Assembly: GCA_963711835.1 (NCBI GenBank)
Contig: CAVQFQ010000021.1
Span: 32,001 to 96,000, forward strand
Reading direction: 5' to 3'
DNA from: an uncultured delta proteobacterium
GTDB taxonomy: Bacteria > Desulfobacterota > RBG-13-43-22
DNA length: 64,000 bases
Positions within the stretch are counted from its first letter, which is position 1. Every line of letters begins with the position of its first letter. Below the pieces are notes generated by a model that was given only the letters and a program-made list of their open reading frames with translations, was not told where the DNA came from and searched no databases. The translations under genes and the position numbers were made by a program. This document shows, piece after piece, positions 1 through 9,287 of the stretch.

Positions 1-155
1 GCTGCGGCAGTTGTCTGGAAATCTGCCCGGAGGTCTTTACCTTAAACGAAGCCCTGGGCAAGGCCTTGGTGGTCAATCCCCAGGGCTGTCCGGAGAGCCG
101 GATTGAAGAAGCCATCGAGATTTGTCCGGTAAATTGTATTCACTGGGAAGAATAG
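1..155 (+). CDS. Ferredoxin (5'-truncated by window edge)
   Basis: Frame from nt 3 reads CGSCLEICPEVF...EEAIEICPVNCIHWEE*, a single-cluster ferredoxin pattern; not in the ORF track. Confidence 0.85.
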   Translation, partial: CGSCLEICPEVFTLNEALGKALVVNPQGCPESRIEEAIEICPVNCIHWEE

Positions 156-192
156 TCGGATAAGGCCAATCGCCCCTTATGAGACGGTCCAT

Positions 193-789
193 ATGAACCT
201 GTCCTTTCCAAGGATTGCCCCCTTTCAGCGGAAGGGCCTTTTTCTTTTTGCCGTCCTGGTCGGGGCTTGTCTGGCTCAGCAGTATTGGGCCTTGTCTCAT
301 AGTCTGAAGCCTGTTCCCGGGCCCGTTGGTTTAAGCAAAGGTTTCTTTGTTGAATTAAGGGGAGACATCCGGCGCCCGAGCCTTATTCACTACGGCAAAG
401 CTCTGCCGGTCTGGCAGGTTATTCAGGATGGCGGAGGATTGGCCTCAAATCGGTCGCTGTTGGCGGTCGAGGCCGCTCAAGTCCTTTCCGAAGATGCGGC
501 CCTCGAAATTGGATATCATCCCGAACAAGGGGCCTTTGTTCGACCAGGGCCTCTTTCCAATCGGGCCCGTTGGATTCTGGGGCGATCCATACCCCTTAAT
601 CAGGCTACGGCCGAAGACCTGGACCGGCTGCCCGGGGTTGGTCCGGGGCTAGCCCGGCGCATCATCGCCTATCGGGAGGCCCAAAGAGGCTTTTCTTCTT
701 TGGAAGAACTGAAACAGGTGGAAGGCCTTAAAGAAAAGACCTTTGACAAAATTAAAAATTTACTGACCCTTTCCGACGAAAAGGCCTAA
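193..789 (+). CDS. comEA: ComEA-family helix-hairpin-helix DNA-binding protein
   Basis: N-terminal TM segment; C-terminal IPLNQATAEDLDRLPGVGPGLARRII...GFSSLEELKQVEG HhH motif. Confidence 0.85.
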   Translation: MNLSFPRIAPFQRKGLFLFAVLVGACLAQQYWALSHSLKPVPGPVGLSKGFFVELRGDIRRPSLIHYGKALPVWQVIQDGGGLASNRSLLAVEAAQVLSEDAALEIGYHPEQGAFVRPGPLSNRARWILGRSIPLNQATAEDLDRLPGVGPGLARRIIAYREAQRGFSSLEELKQVEGLKEKTFDKIKNLLTLSDEKA

Positions 790-826
790 GATCTATTGGA
801 TAAATTATTAGAGGAGGGAATTTCCG

Positions 827-2041
827 ATGGCTTCCATTAAACGGATTGGCGTGATAACCAGCGGCGGCGACTGCGGAGGCCTTAATGCCGTCATCAAAGG
901 CATCGCCCGAGAGGCCTATTCTCTGGGGATTGAATCCGTGGTCATCCCCAACGGCTATGCCGGACTGTATAATCTGGTGGACTTGCCCGAGGTCGTGCTG
1001 CTCAATGCCGACCGGGTCAGCCGTATCGAAGCCTCTTTAGCCGGTTCGGAGGCCGGCCATTCCCGGGTTAAGATCAGCAAGATTGCCGACCCTCGGAAGT
1101 ATGAACGCATAAAAGAAGGACTTAAAAAATTCGGCATCGACGCCCTGATCATCAGCGGCGGAGACGATACCGGCAGTGTGGTGGTGGATTTGAGCGGGCG
1201 GGGAATCCCCTGCGTCCATGTGCCCAAGACCATGGACCTCGATCTTCAACCCTACAGCGTGGGCGGGGATTCGGCCATCAACCGGATAGCCGTGTTCGCC
1301 CGGGACCTGAAGACCACCGGCCTGAGCCACAACCGGATCCTGGTCATCGAGGTCTTTGGCCGCTACGTGGGCCATACCGCCTTCCGGGGCGGCGTCGGAG
1401 CGGAAGTGGATTGCATCCTTATCCCGGAGATCCCCGTGGACTTCGATTGCGTTTATAAACACATGAAAACGACCTATTTCGGCCGGATCGAGCGCAGTGA
1501 TGTCCAGGCCGGAACTTATATCATAGTCGTGTCCGAAGGGATTCAAAACGCCAACGGAGAATTGCTCATTGACGAGTCGGCCGGGGTGGATGCCTTCGGC
1601 CATAAAAAATTAGCCGGAGCCGGCCGCTATGTCCGCCAGCAGTTGGAAAGACGCCTAAAAAAGGATCCCGCCGTTCTGGAATTTATGAAGCGAGTGGGCA
1701 TGTATGCCCCCGGGGTGTACCTGGTCCCTGAGGTTCGAGAGGTCACGCCCGGGCACCTGGTCCGCTCCGGTCATTCTTCGGCCTTTGATGTCATTTTCGG
1801 ACATCGAGCCGGCGCGGTGGCCGTCTTCCTGTTGCTGGAAGGCAAGACCGGCTATACCGTGGTCAACGTCGTCGGCGATAAAATTTATTACATGCCCACC
1901 TCCGAAGCCATCAAGCGTATGGAAGTGGACCTCAACGAAGTGGCCTTGTTCGAATCCCTGGGCACCTGCTTCGGCCGCCCTCCCCGGAAGTATGATTACG
2001 AGTTGATCGAAACCGCCGAACCGAAGAGACGCCATATTTAA
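827..2041 (+). CDS. pfkA: 6-phosphofructokinase, probably PPi-dependent
   Basis: TSGGDCGGLNAVI, GGDDT and PKTMDLDL motifs; RBS gaggaggg. Confidence 0.9.
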   Translation: MASIKRIGVITSGGDCGGLNAVIKGIAREAYSLGIESVVIPNGYAGLYNLVDLPEVVLLNADRVSRIEASLAGSEAGHSRVKISKIADPRKYERIKEGLKKFGIDALIISGGDDTGSVVVDLSGRGIPCVHVPKTMDLDLQPYSVGGDSAINRIAVFARDLKTTGLSHNRILVIEVFGRYVGHTAFRGGVGAEVDCILIPEIPVDFDCVYKHMKTTYFGRIERSDVQAGTYIIVVSEGIQNANGELLIDESAGVDAFGHKKLAGAGRYVRQQLERRLKKDPAVLEFMKRVGMYAPGVYLVPEVREVTPGHLVRSGHSSAFDVIFGHRAGAVAVFLLLEGKTGYTVVNVVGDKIYYMPTSEAIKRMEVDLNEVALFESLGTCFGRPPRKYDYELIETAEPKRRHI

Positions 2042-2135
2042 GGTCGGGATTCGAGGAGTCGGGAGGGTAAGGATTCAAAAGAACGGATAAAAACAAACGA
2101 CGATACAGGATGCTGGATGAAAGCAAAAAGCGATC

Positions 2136-3143
2136 ATGGTAGTCCTCGGCATTGAAACCTCCTGTGATGAAACCGCAGCGGCTGTTCTCGAGGACGGTCA
2201 GAAGAATCCTCTCCAATGTAGTCTATTCCCAGATCGCCCTCCATCGCCCCTACGGGGGGGTAGTTCCGGAGCTGGCCTCTCGAAGGCACTTGGACAAAAT
2301 AGTCCCGGTGGTCGAGGAAGCCCTGTCCCAGGCCGGAATGAGTCTGGAGGCCGTGAAGGTATTGCCGTCACCCGCGGCCCCGGGCTGGTCGGGGCCTTGC
2401 TGGTGGGCTTGTGTTTCGCCAAATCCTTAAGTGTCGTCCGTGAGATCCCCTTCATCGGCGTCAATCACCTGGAGGGACACATCTGCTCTATTTTCTTGGA
2501 ACAAGAGGTCCCCCTGCCTTTTTTATCCCTGACCGTTTCCGGGGGACACACCAGTCTTTTCCTGGTGACGGATATCGGGTCCTATCAATTACTGGGACAG
2601 ACCCGGGACGACGCCGCCGGCGAAGCCTTTGATAAAGTAGCCAAGCTGTTAAATCTGGGCTATCCCGGTGGGGGGGTTATTGAAGCCCTGGCCAGGGAGG
2701 GGACCTCCAGCATCCCCTTCCCCAGGGCCATACCTTCCCGGGATTCCCTGGATTTCAGCTTCAGCGGTCTTAAAACAGCCGTGGTTAATTATGTAAAACG
2801 ATCCGCAGACCCTTCCAACAAAAACCAAATCCTGCCGGTCAAAGATATTGCCGCTTCCTTTCAGACCGCTGTCGTGGAGATGTTGATCAAAAAGGTCATC
2901 CTGGCTCAAAGGGAGTTTAAGATAGGACGTCTGGTCCTTTCCGGCGGGGTGGTTTCCAACGGCTATCTCCGCGACCGCTTTCAAATGTTGGCCGAGGAGG
3001 AAGGTCTGGATTTATATCTGCCTTCCCCGGCGCTCTGCACCGACAATGCGGCCATGATTGCCTGGGTTGGGAATTACTACCTGGAAAGAGGGCGGCAGGA
3101 TTCCCTGGATATCGACGCCTTTTCCCGCTGGAAGCTTGGATGA
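2136..3143 (+). CDS. tsaD: tRNA t6A37 threonylcarbamoyltransferase TsaD, with two compensating frameshifts (~2199 and ~2356)
   Basis: LGIETSCDETAAAV, VNHLEGH, SGGHT, TRDDAAGEAFDK, CTDNAAMI; the conserved YGGVVPELASRRH segment lies in the +1 frame (ORF 2152..2430). Confidence 0.9.
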   Translation: MVVLGIETSCDETAAAVLEDGQKNPLQCSLFPDRPPSPLRGGSSGAGLSKALGQNSPGGRGSPVPGRNESGGREGIAVTRGPGLVGALLVGLCFAKSLSVVREIPFIGVNHLEGHICSIFLEQEVPLPFLSLTVSGGHTSLFLVTDIGSYQLLGQTRDDAAGEAFDKVAKLLNLGYPGGGVIEALAREGTSSIPFPRAIPSRDSLDFSFSGLKTAVVNYVKRSADPSNKNQILPVKDIAASFQTAVVEMLIKKVILAQREFKIGRLVLSGGVVSNGYLRDRFQMLAEEEGLDLYLPSPALCTDNAAMIAWVGNYYLERGRQDSLDIDAFSRWKLG

Positions 3144-3389
3144 TCTTTTCAAAGGTCTCAAAACAGGTGGCCGTTCTTGGAAAGGTCTTTACCGGGAGGA
3201 TCGAAAAGAAATTGACAAGACCTGCCGGTAGAAATAGAGTGATGGGGATTCGCCAGCCGGGAAAAACCGGGCCCATGGTCAATAAGGGGTGGGCTTTGGT
3301 GGCGGCAACCTTTATTGGTTAAGCCCGCCGAACAGCCTTTTGGTTGTCTGGTGAGTTGAAGATTTTGTTAGAAAAAGGAGGAGGTTTGA

Positions 3390-3566
3390 ATGGAGAAGTC
3401 GGAATTGCACCAGCTTAAAGAACAGTTGGAAACCAAAGGGGTTTCCTGGGCTGAGGCTGCGGAAAAGATCAAATTTGATGTCCGGTTGTTAAATCTTTAC
3501 CTGGTTTCCCCGCCTGTCCCTATCAGTGTGATTAATCCTCTCAAAAAATTACTCGAAGCTGCCTGA
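3390..3566 (+). CDS. Small hypothetical protein (58 aa, HTH-like)
   Basis: Strong RBS aaggaggagg, then MEKSELHQLKEQLETKGVSWAEAAEKIKFDVRLLNLYLVSPPVPISVINPLKKLLEAA*; below the ORF-track cutoff. Confidence 0.7.
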   Translation: MEKSELHQLKEQLETKGVSWAEAAEKIKFDVRLLNLYLVSPPVPISVINPLKKLLEAA

Positions 3567-3683
3567 TCGCCCTTATAGGGAGGCCAATGCATCAGGGAAA
3601 TTCGGAAGTCACTACCGGAAGGCAAAAAAGTGAAATCTTAGCATCGTTCAAAAGTTGTGGCACTGGCGCATTATTGCCTGAAT

Positions 3684-3902
3684 AGGGGACCGTAGGTCTT
3701 GATTTCAAGGTTTGTCCAAAGGGTGATCCTTCCCGCCAATCCGGCCCAGATTTCTAAGGTTGCCTTAGAGCCGGGTCTTCACCCAACCGAACAAACAGCT
3801 TTGGTGTAGGCCTACTTAAGGCCTTATCGTCAACCTTCCAGCCCGGTTTTAAAGTGAGGCGTTTATGGTGGACAACCTTGAAATCAAGACCTACGGTCTC
3901 CT
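3684..3902. repeat. ~220-bp element with ~34-bp terminal inverted repeats (MITE or structured ncRNA)
   Basis: 3684-3718 aggggaccgtaggtcttgatttcaaggtttgtcca pairs with 3869-3902 tggacaaccttgaaatcaagacctacggtctcct (one bulge, one G-T); internal nested hairpins. Confidence 0.75.
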
Positions 3903-4001
3903 TCCATCGGGTATCAGAAATATAATGCCCAAACTTTTGAACGGTGCCAAAATCTTAGGCCTTACGGTAGTCCCGGCTTGTGAGTCCCGTGAGAACCTCT
4001 G

Positions 4002-4901
4002 ATGGCAACCGTTCGATCAGCCGGAAGGAAGTGGGACGAGATAGAAATCCACCTGAAACGATCTCTGGAAAGGATGCTCCAGGAGATTCATTCCCCGGCA
4101 TCCTTCCAGGAAGTCTGGCCTATCTTTCAGGCCGAGCCCTCTTTCCGGCAGGCTTTCGGCCAGTGGGCCGGCTGGAGCGAAGACCGGAGAGAAAACCATT
4201 GGCTTGTTTTATCCCGAGCCTTGGAAAGGAGGGCTTACGCAACCCGGCCTTACTGCCTGCGCTGCGGGGAATGCTGCCGAAAGGGCAGCCCGACCTTTTA
4301 CCGGGAAGACATTGAAATAGTGCGCCGGGGGGTTGTTCAGCGGGAACAATTAATCGCTCTGCGGCCGGGCGAGGTCGGTTTTTCCCACGAGGCCCAGGGG
4401 TTGGTAGTCCTGGCCGAGGAAAGGTTGAAAATTCGGGAGAAACCGGATTCCCGGGAATGCCTTTTCTTTCTATCGGCCAGCGGGGATTGTACCATTTATG
4501 ACCACCGTCCTATTCAATGTCAAAATTTGGAATGTTGGAATCCTGATGGGTTTGAGAAACTGACCCCCCTTGTCTTCCTAAAACGAAAGGATCTGATCAA
4601 CCCCGATGATCCCCTGCTGGCCGTGATGGAAAACCACGATACAAAATTTTCTCCCGAAAACCTGAAAAAGGCTCTCAGGAAAATTTCAGATGGAGGGTCT
4701 TCAAACCAGGAAGAAGCCCTGGATATGCTTTCTTTCGACCGGCAGATCCGCCAATTTTTAGGGGAAAAATACGGCCTGAGCCCGGATCGGCTTACTTTTT
4801 TGTTCGGAAGGCCCCTTCTGGACCTTTTGCCCGCCTTGGGTTACAAGATGGAAAAGGGGCCGGAGGCCGGATTGGGGATCGTGTCCTCTTCCCCCATTTG
4901 A
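4002..4901 (+). CDS. YkgJ-family cysteine cluster protein
   Basis: CLRCGECC ... CLFF ... CTIYDHRPIQC motif. Confidence 0.8.
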   Translation: MATVRSAGRKWDEIEIHLKRSLERMLQEIHSPASFQEVWPIFQAEPSFRQAFGQWAGWSEDRRENHWLVLSRALERRAYATRPYCLRCGECCRKGSPTFYREDIEIVRRGVVQREQLIALRPGEVGFSHEAQGLVVLAEERLKIREKPDSRECLFFLSASGDCTIYDHRPIQCQNLECWNPDGFEKLTPLVFLKRKDLINPDDPLLAVMENHDTKFSPENLKKALRKISDGGSSNQEEALDMLSFDRQIRQFLGEKYGLSPDRLTFLFGRPLLDLLPALGYKMEKGPEAGLGIVSSSPI

Positions 4902-4920
4902 TACTACGGCTAATCCTTCC

Positions 4921-5760
4921 ATGTCGCTGAAAAACTATCCGGCCCTGAGATCCCTCAGCCAGAATTTTTTAAAAAGCCCTCTCCTAGCCCAAAAGCTGGT
5001 TGACCGATTGCCCTTGACGACAGCCGATTGCGTGGTGGAATTAGGGGCCGGTCAGGGAGCCCTCACTTTTCTCTTATCGCAAAAAGCAAAGAAGGTCCTG
5101 GCCGTTGAAATCGACGCCGGACACAGCCTCCAATTAAAAGAAAGAATTCGGCAGGCCGGCCAGACCAATATTGAAGTCCTTCATCAGGATATTTTGAAGG
5201 CCGATTGGCAGGAATGGTTTGGGATCCTTAAGGAGCCCTTTTATATTGTCGGCAACCTGCCCTACCACATCTCCACCCCGATTCTGTTCAAGATTATTGA
5301 ACATCGACGCCTCCTGCGGGCGGCCTATGTCATGCTTCAAAGAGAGGTGGCCGATCGTCTTCTGGGGCAACCCGGACATAAAGCCTACGGGGTAATCACC
5401 ATCTTGATCGGTTATTACGCCCGGGTATTTACCATGATGCACTTGGGACCTAATGCCTTTTTCCCAAGGCCTAAAGTCGCTTCCACCTTTGTGGGGATCC
5501 TTTTTGATTCGGACCGCTTTCCCAAGATTGAAGAGGAAGATCTTTTTCAATGGGTTGTCCGGGCGGCTTTCCATCAGCGCCGGAAACAACTCAAGAACGC
5601 CTTAGTCGCCGACGGCCGTCTGGACCCGGAAATGATATTGAAGGTCCTGTCCCAAAACGGTATTGATCCCAAAAACCGAGGGGAAAGGCTGAGTATCAGC
5701 CAATTTGTAGCCCTCTCGAACGGCCTGGCCGGTCTTGCGGGCCAGGACGGCTCCCTATAA
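4921..5760 (+). CDS. rsmA: 16S rRNA m6,2A dimethyltransferase RsmA/KsgA
   Basis: SQNFL, VELGAGQGALT, GNLPYHIST, QREVADR, FFPRPKVAS, FHQRRKQLKN. Confidence 0.95.
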   Translation: MSLKNYPALRSLSQNFLKSPLLAQKLVDRLPLTTADCVVELGAGQGALTFLLSQKAKKVLAVEIDAGHSLQLKERIRQAGQTNIEVLHQDILKADWQEWFGILKEPFYIVGNLPYHISTPILFKIIEHRRLLRAAYVMLQREVADRLLGQPGHKAYGVITILIGYYARVFTMMHLGPNAFFPRPKVASTFVGILFDSDRFPKIEEEDLFQWVVRAAFHQRRKQLKNALVADGRLDPEMILKVLSQNGIDPKNRGERLSISQFVALSNGLAGLAGQDGSL

Positions 5761-5764
5761 CCCC

Positions 5765-6952
5765 ATGAACCTTAAAGTTCTATTTCTATTAAGCCTGGCC
5801 CATCTGGTGGCGGATCTCACCCAGGGGGCGATACCGGCCCTGCTGCCTTTCATGAAGGAAGCTCTGGGACTATCGTATACGGCTGCCGGCGCCGTCCTCC
5901 TGGTTTCCAATCTCACCTCCTCCATCATCCAGCCCATATTCGGTTATTTTTCCGACCGCCGGCCCAAGGTCTGGCTCATTCCTTTAGGGGTTTTTCTTGC
6001 TGCTCTGGGCCTCAGTCTTTTGGGATTGTCCCCTAACTATCCGGTCCTCATTCTTCTGGTAATCGTCTGCGGAATGGGAGTGGCTTCTTTTCATCCGGAG
6101 GGCTTTAAAACCGCCCATTTTTTTATCGGTCAGAAGAAGGCCTCCGGCATGTCTCTGTTTGCCGTGGGTGGAAATTTAGGATTTGCGCTGGGTCCTGTTA
6201 GCATGACCTTTCTGGTCACAAGCTTTTCGCTATCAGGCACCCTGGCCTACATCATTCCCGGGGTGCTCATGGTTTTTTTTATTCTCTACTCCCTCCCGAC
6301 CTTGCGCTACACCCATCCCTCACCCCAGATAAAAACCGGAGAAAAACCCAAGGGCCGGGATTCCTCTTATGGCAAATTGACCCTCTTGATCCTTATCGTG
6401 ACTATGCGCTCCTGGGTTCAAATGGGACTGGTCAGTTTCATCCCTTTTTACTATATCAACTATCTCAAAGGAGATCCGCTGCTGGCCGGCAAGATGGTCA
6501 CCACCTTCCTGGCCGCCGGAACGCTGGGGAGCTTGCTCGGGGCACAACTGGCCGACCGCTGGGGGCATAAGCGTTATCTGTCCCTGACCATGTTGCTTAC
6601 GATCCCAATGCTTTTCCTCTTCCTTCAGGTTAGTGGCTGGTTGGCGTTCCTGGCTCTGGCCTTGGCCGGGTTTGTCCTGATATCCAGCTTTTCGGTGACC
6701 GTGGTCATGGCCCAGGACCTGCTGCCGGGCAAACTGGGCATGGCTTCCGGCCTGATGGTCGGCTTTGCCATCGGCACCGGCGGGCTGGGGGTAACCCTTT
6801 TGGGAATAGTAGCCGATCATTGGGGCGTCCCGGCCGCCCTGCATTCTCTGGCCTTCATGCCCATCATGGGTTTCCTCCTGAGCCTGCTGCTGCCGGCCGC
6901 CCCTTTTCACCGGCCGAAGAAATCTCAAAGTTGCATAAAAATTGATCGATAA
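5765..6952 (+). CDS. MFS transporter (fosmidomycin-resistance Fsr-like)
   Basis: About 12 TM segments; QPIFGYFSDR, FHPEG, FAVGGNLGFALGP, LADRWG. Confidence 0.85.
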   Translation: MNLKVLFLLSLAHLVADLTQGAIPALLPFMKEALGLSYTAAGAVLLVSNLTSSIIQPIFGYFSDRRPKVWLIPLGVFLAALGLSLLGLSPNYPVLILLVIVCGMGVASFHPEGFKTAHFFIGQKKASGMSLFAVGGNLGFALGPVSMTFLVTSFSLSGTLAYIIPGVLMVFFILYSLPTLRYTHPSPQIKTGEKPKGRDSSYGKLTLLILIVTMRSWVQMGLVSFIPFYYINYLKGDPLLAGKMVTTFLAAGTLGSLLGAQLADRWGHKRYLSLTMLLTIPMLFLFLQVSGWLAFLALALAGFVLISSFSVTVVMAQDLLPGKLGMASGLMVGFAIGTGGLGVTLLGIVADHWGVPAALHSLAFMPIMGFLLSLLLPAAPFHRPKKSQSCIKIDR

Positions 6953-7067
6953 ATTGTTTTTTCTAAATTAAAATAGTGTGCTCTAACGATTTCAGAGCTG
7001 AGACCAAAACTCACTCCAGGTGAGGTTTAGGATCCTAAAAAGTATCGATCACTTTTTACCCTTCGGG

Positions 7068-7165
7068 AAAGTCTGGGAAGCCGCATCTCCTTTGTTGTCC
7101 AGGGCTCGCGGTATGCATATACAGCTTCGCCCTGGACGCCTCGGATCTGCAACTTCCGAAACTTT
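7068..7165. repeat. Imperfect ~100-bp palindromic (REP/MITE-like) element between convergent genes
   Basis: gtccagggc (7097) / gccctggac (7129) inner stem with outer aaagt..ggaag / cttcc..acttt arms. Confidence 0.5.
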
Positions 7166-7187
7166 TGCAACATCGAGAGAAACTTGC

Positions 7188-8414
7188 TTAAAGAATAAGA
7201 AATCGCTCATCCGCCAGAGTTAATTTTTCCACCCGGTCCTTATGGATTACAACCGTATTTTCAAATCCTACGGCCCCCTTCTCCAGAACAATTTTGAGCT
7301 CCAGAGCCAGGGTCATGCCTTCACGCAGGGGATAAGTATGGCCGGGGGCCAGAAAGGGATTTTCCGGACTTTCCAGCCCCACCCCATGGCCCACGTAGCG
7401 GATCTTTCTTTCAAGTGGTCCGAGAAACACATCCTCATATCCCAGTTCCCTGCCTTTAGCCAGGGCCAGGGGGAAAAGACTCTCCGCCGGAACCCCCGGA
7501 CGCAGGTGCTGAAGCAGATGGGCTTCGATTTCCATCAAGGCTTCATAGGCCTCCAAATATTCATGGCCTGGTTTTCCAATGGAATACATTCGGGTCTGAT
7601 CTACCTGGTAGCCGGTGTAGCAGGTGCCGAAATCGATCAACACCGGCTCCTTTTCTTGGATAGGTTTCAGGCTGGCCCCCAAAGGAAAGGCCGGACTAAG
7701 GCCCAGCCCTGAAAAGGGGGCGTCTATATTGCTGGGCAGGGTGCCCAACCGGCCGCTGACGACATGCCAGGTATAGATCTCACTGTTGAATCCCCGGCTG
7801 CGCAGGATGTTTTGGTGGCCCTGGCGCATGGCCAGGTAATTCATCCAGCCGGCGATTTCGATCTCAGAGCTGCCGGGACGGATAGTTTCGCAAATTTCCC
7901 GATAAATTTTCCCGCCGATCTCCCCTGCCCTTTTCAACAGACCCAGTTCATATTCAGACTTGGTCTCCCGAAGCGACCTGATCAAAGGCCAGACATCCCG
8001 GGACTGTTCAAATTTGAGAATTTCCTTCAGGAATTGGAAGGTGGAAAAAGGTAGCACGTCCAGCTCCAACCCAAGGCAGGCGGGGATGCGAAGGCCGCAC
8101 CGGCGGATCCCTTCACCCAGGTCGGTTATGGAGGACAGCCATTCAACTCTTTCCAGAGGGCTCTCCGCCTGGGCCCTTTGAAATTCTTTCTTAATTAAAA
8201 GTATTGGTTCCCCTTCCGAAGGAAGGAAAAGAAATCCATTTTGCAGGGTTCCGGTAAAATAATAGAGATCCACATTCTGATAAATAAGGGCCCCTTCGAT
8301 CCCTTCCGTTGACAGGAGCTTCTGAAAAGACAGAATCCTGCGGTTTATCTCCTCAGGCGGCGTTAAGGTGTCCCGGTAAAAAGAGGGGAGAGTAAATTCA
8401 CTGTTAATCGCCAT
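7188..8414 (-). CDS. M24 (Xaa-Pro) peptidase family protein
   Basis: Creatinase-N-like DLYYFTG; D-x10-D (IDFGTCYTGYQVDQTR), GHGVGLE, ALELK, GFENT metal motifs. Confidence 0.85.
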   Translation of the reverse strand: MAINSEFTLPSFYRDTLTPPEEINRRILSFQKLLSTEGIEGALIYQNVDLYYFTGTLQNGFLFLPSEGEPILLIKKEFQRAQAESPLERVEWLSSITDLGEGIRRCGLRIPACLGLELDVLPFSTFQFLKEILKFEQSRDVWPLIRSLRETKSEYELGLLKRAGEIGGKIYREICETIRPGSSEIEIAGWMNYLAMRQGHQNILRSRGFNSEIYTWHVVSGRLGTLPSNIDAPFSGLGLSPAFPLGASLKPIQEKEPVLIDFGTCYTGYQVDQTRMYSIGKPGHEYLEAYEALMEIEAHLLQHLRPGVPAESLFPLALAKGRELGYEDVFLGPLERKIRYVGHGVGLESPENPFLAPGHTYPLREGMTLALELKIVLEKGAVGFENTVVIHKDRVEKLTLADERFLIL

Positions 8415-8548
8415 AATCCAACTCCAATCTTTCAACCTAAAAAACAAACAAAGCCGGTTTTTTAGGTATTAATAATCCCGAAAAGCCTCAACCTTATAGG
8501 TATCCATGATAACAAAAATGGTGGTTTTCCTAAAGGTCATTTTTTTGC

Positions 8549-8649
8549 TTGACAAAATCTTTTCCTAATATTATTAGACTAAGAAAGTTATTAAATTTTA
8601 ATTGGTTATCAATTAAACACCGGTTAATAAAGATAATTATCCTAATTAT
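8549..8649 (+). promoter_or_regulatory. Sigma70-like promoter and candidate TetR operators
   Basis: TTGACA at 8549 with tattag 17 nt downstream; inverted repeats tttaattg-N5-caattaaa (8597-8617) and ataatta-N3-taattat (8633-8649). Confidence 0.5.
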
Positions 8650-8663
8650 ATTAGTTTTTTAAC

Positions 8664-9269
8664 ATGAATAATAAAACCCCCAAAGAAAGCACCAAAGACC
8701 GCATTATAAATTCCGCTAAAAAGCTTTTTGCCGACCAGGGCTATCAAAAGACTACCGTTGTCGACATTTCCAAGCAGGCCGGACTGTCGGAGGCGGCCCT
8801 TTACGAATATTTTCAGGGCAAGGAGGACTTACTGCTGACCATACCCGATCTCTGGGTGGCGGACCTGATCGAAGACCTCAAAGACCAGCTTTTCGGTCTC
8901 AAAGGGGCCTTCAACAAGCTCCGGAAATACCTCTGGTGGAACATGCGACGGATCGAGCAGTCTCCTCTGGATGCCAAGATTGTCTATCTGTTTCTAAAGA
9001 CCAATGCCAATTTCATGAAGACCGAGGTTTACTCCAACGTCAAAATCCTTTATTCTTTCCTGACCGATATCTTTGAGGAAGGAAAGAAGAGCGGGGAAAT
9101 GAAACCGGACCTGGATCCCCTGCTGGCCCGGGCCATCTTTATCGGTGCCATGGACCACCTGGTAACCCGTTGGCTGCTGAAGGACATGTCTTATTCCCTG
9201 TTCGACAACCTGGAAGGGGTCTTTTCCTTAATGGAAGATGCCTTTCGAATTTCGGATTTGAAAACTTAA
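8664..9269 (+). CDS. TetR/AcrR family transcriptional regulator
   Basis: RIINSAKKLFADQGYQKTTVVDISKQAGLSEAALYEYFQGKEDLL HTH. Confidence 0.95.
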   Translation: MNNKTPKESTKDRIINSAKKLFADQGYQKTTVVDISKQAGLSEAALYEYFQGKEDLLLTIPDLWVADLIEDLKDQLFGLKGAFNKLRKYLWWNMRRIEQSPLDAKIVYLFLKTNANFMKTEVYSNVKILYSFLTDIFEEGKKSGEMKPDLDPLLARAIFIGAMDHLVTRWLLKDMSYSLFDNLEGVFSLMEDAFRISDLKT

Positions 9270-9287
9270 ACAAACGAAGGAGGGCAA

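Noticed and set aside
3684-3902. Retron msr-msd, tRNA-Sec or tmRNA
   Set aside because: No reverse transcriptase nearby and no cloverleaf, T-loop or CCA features; kept only as an unclassified element.
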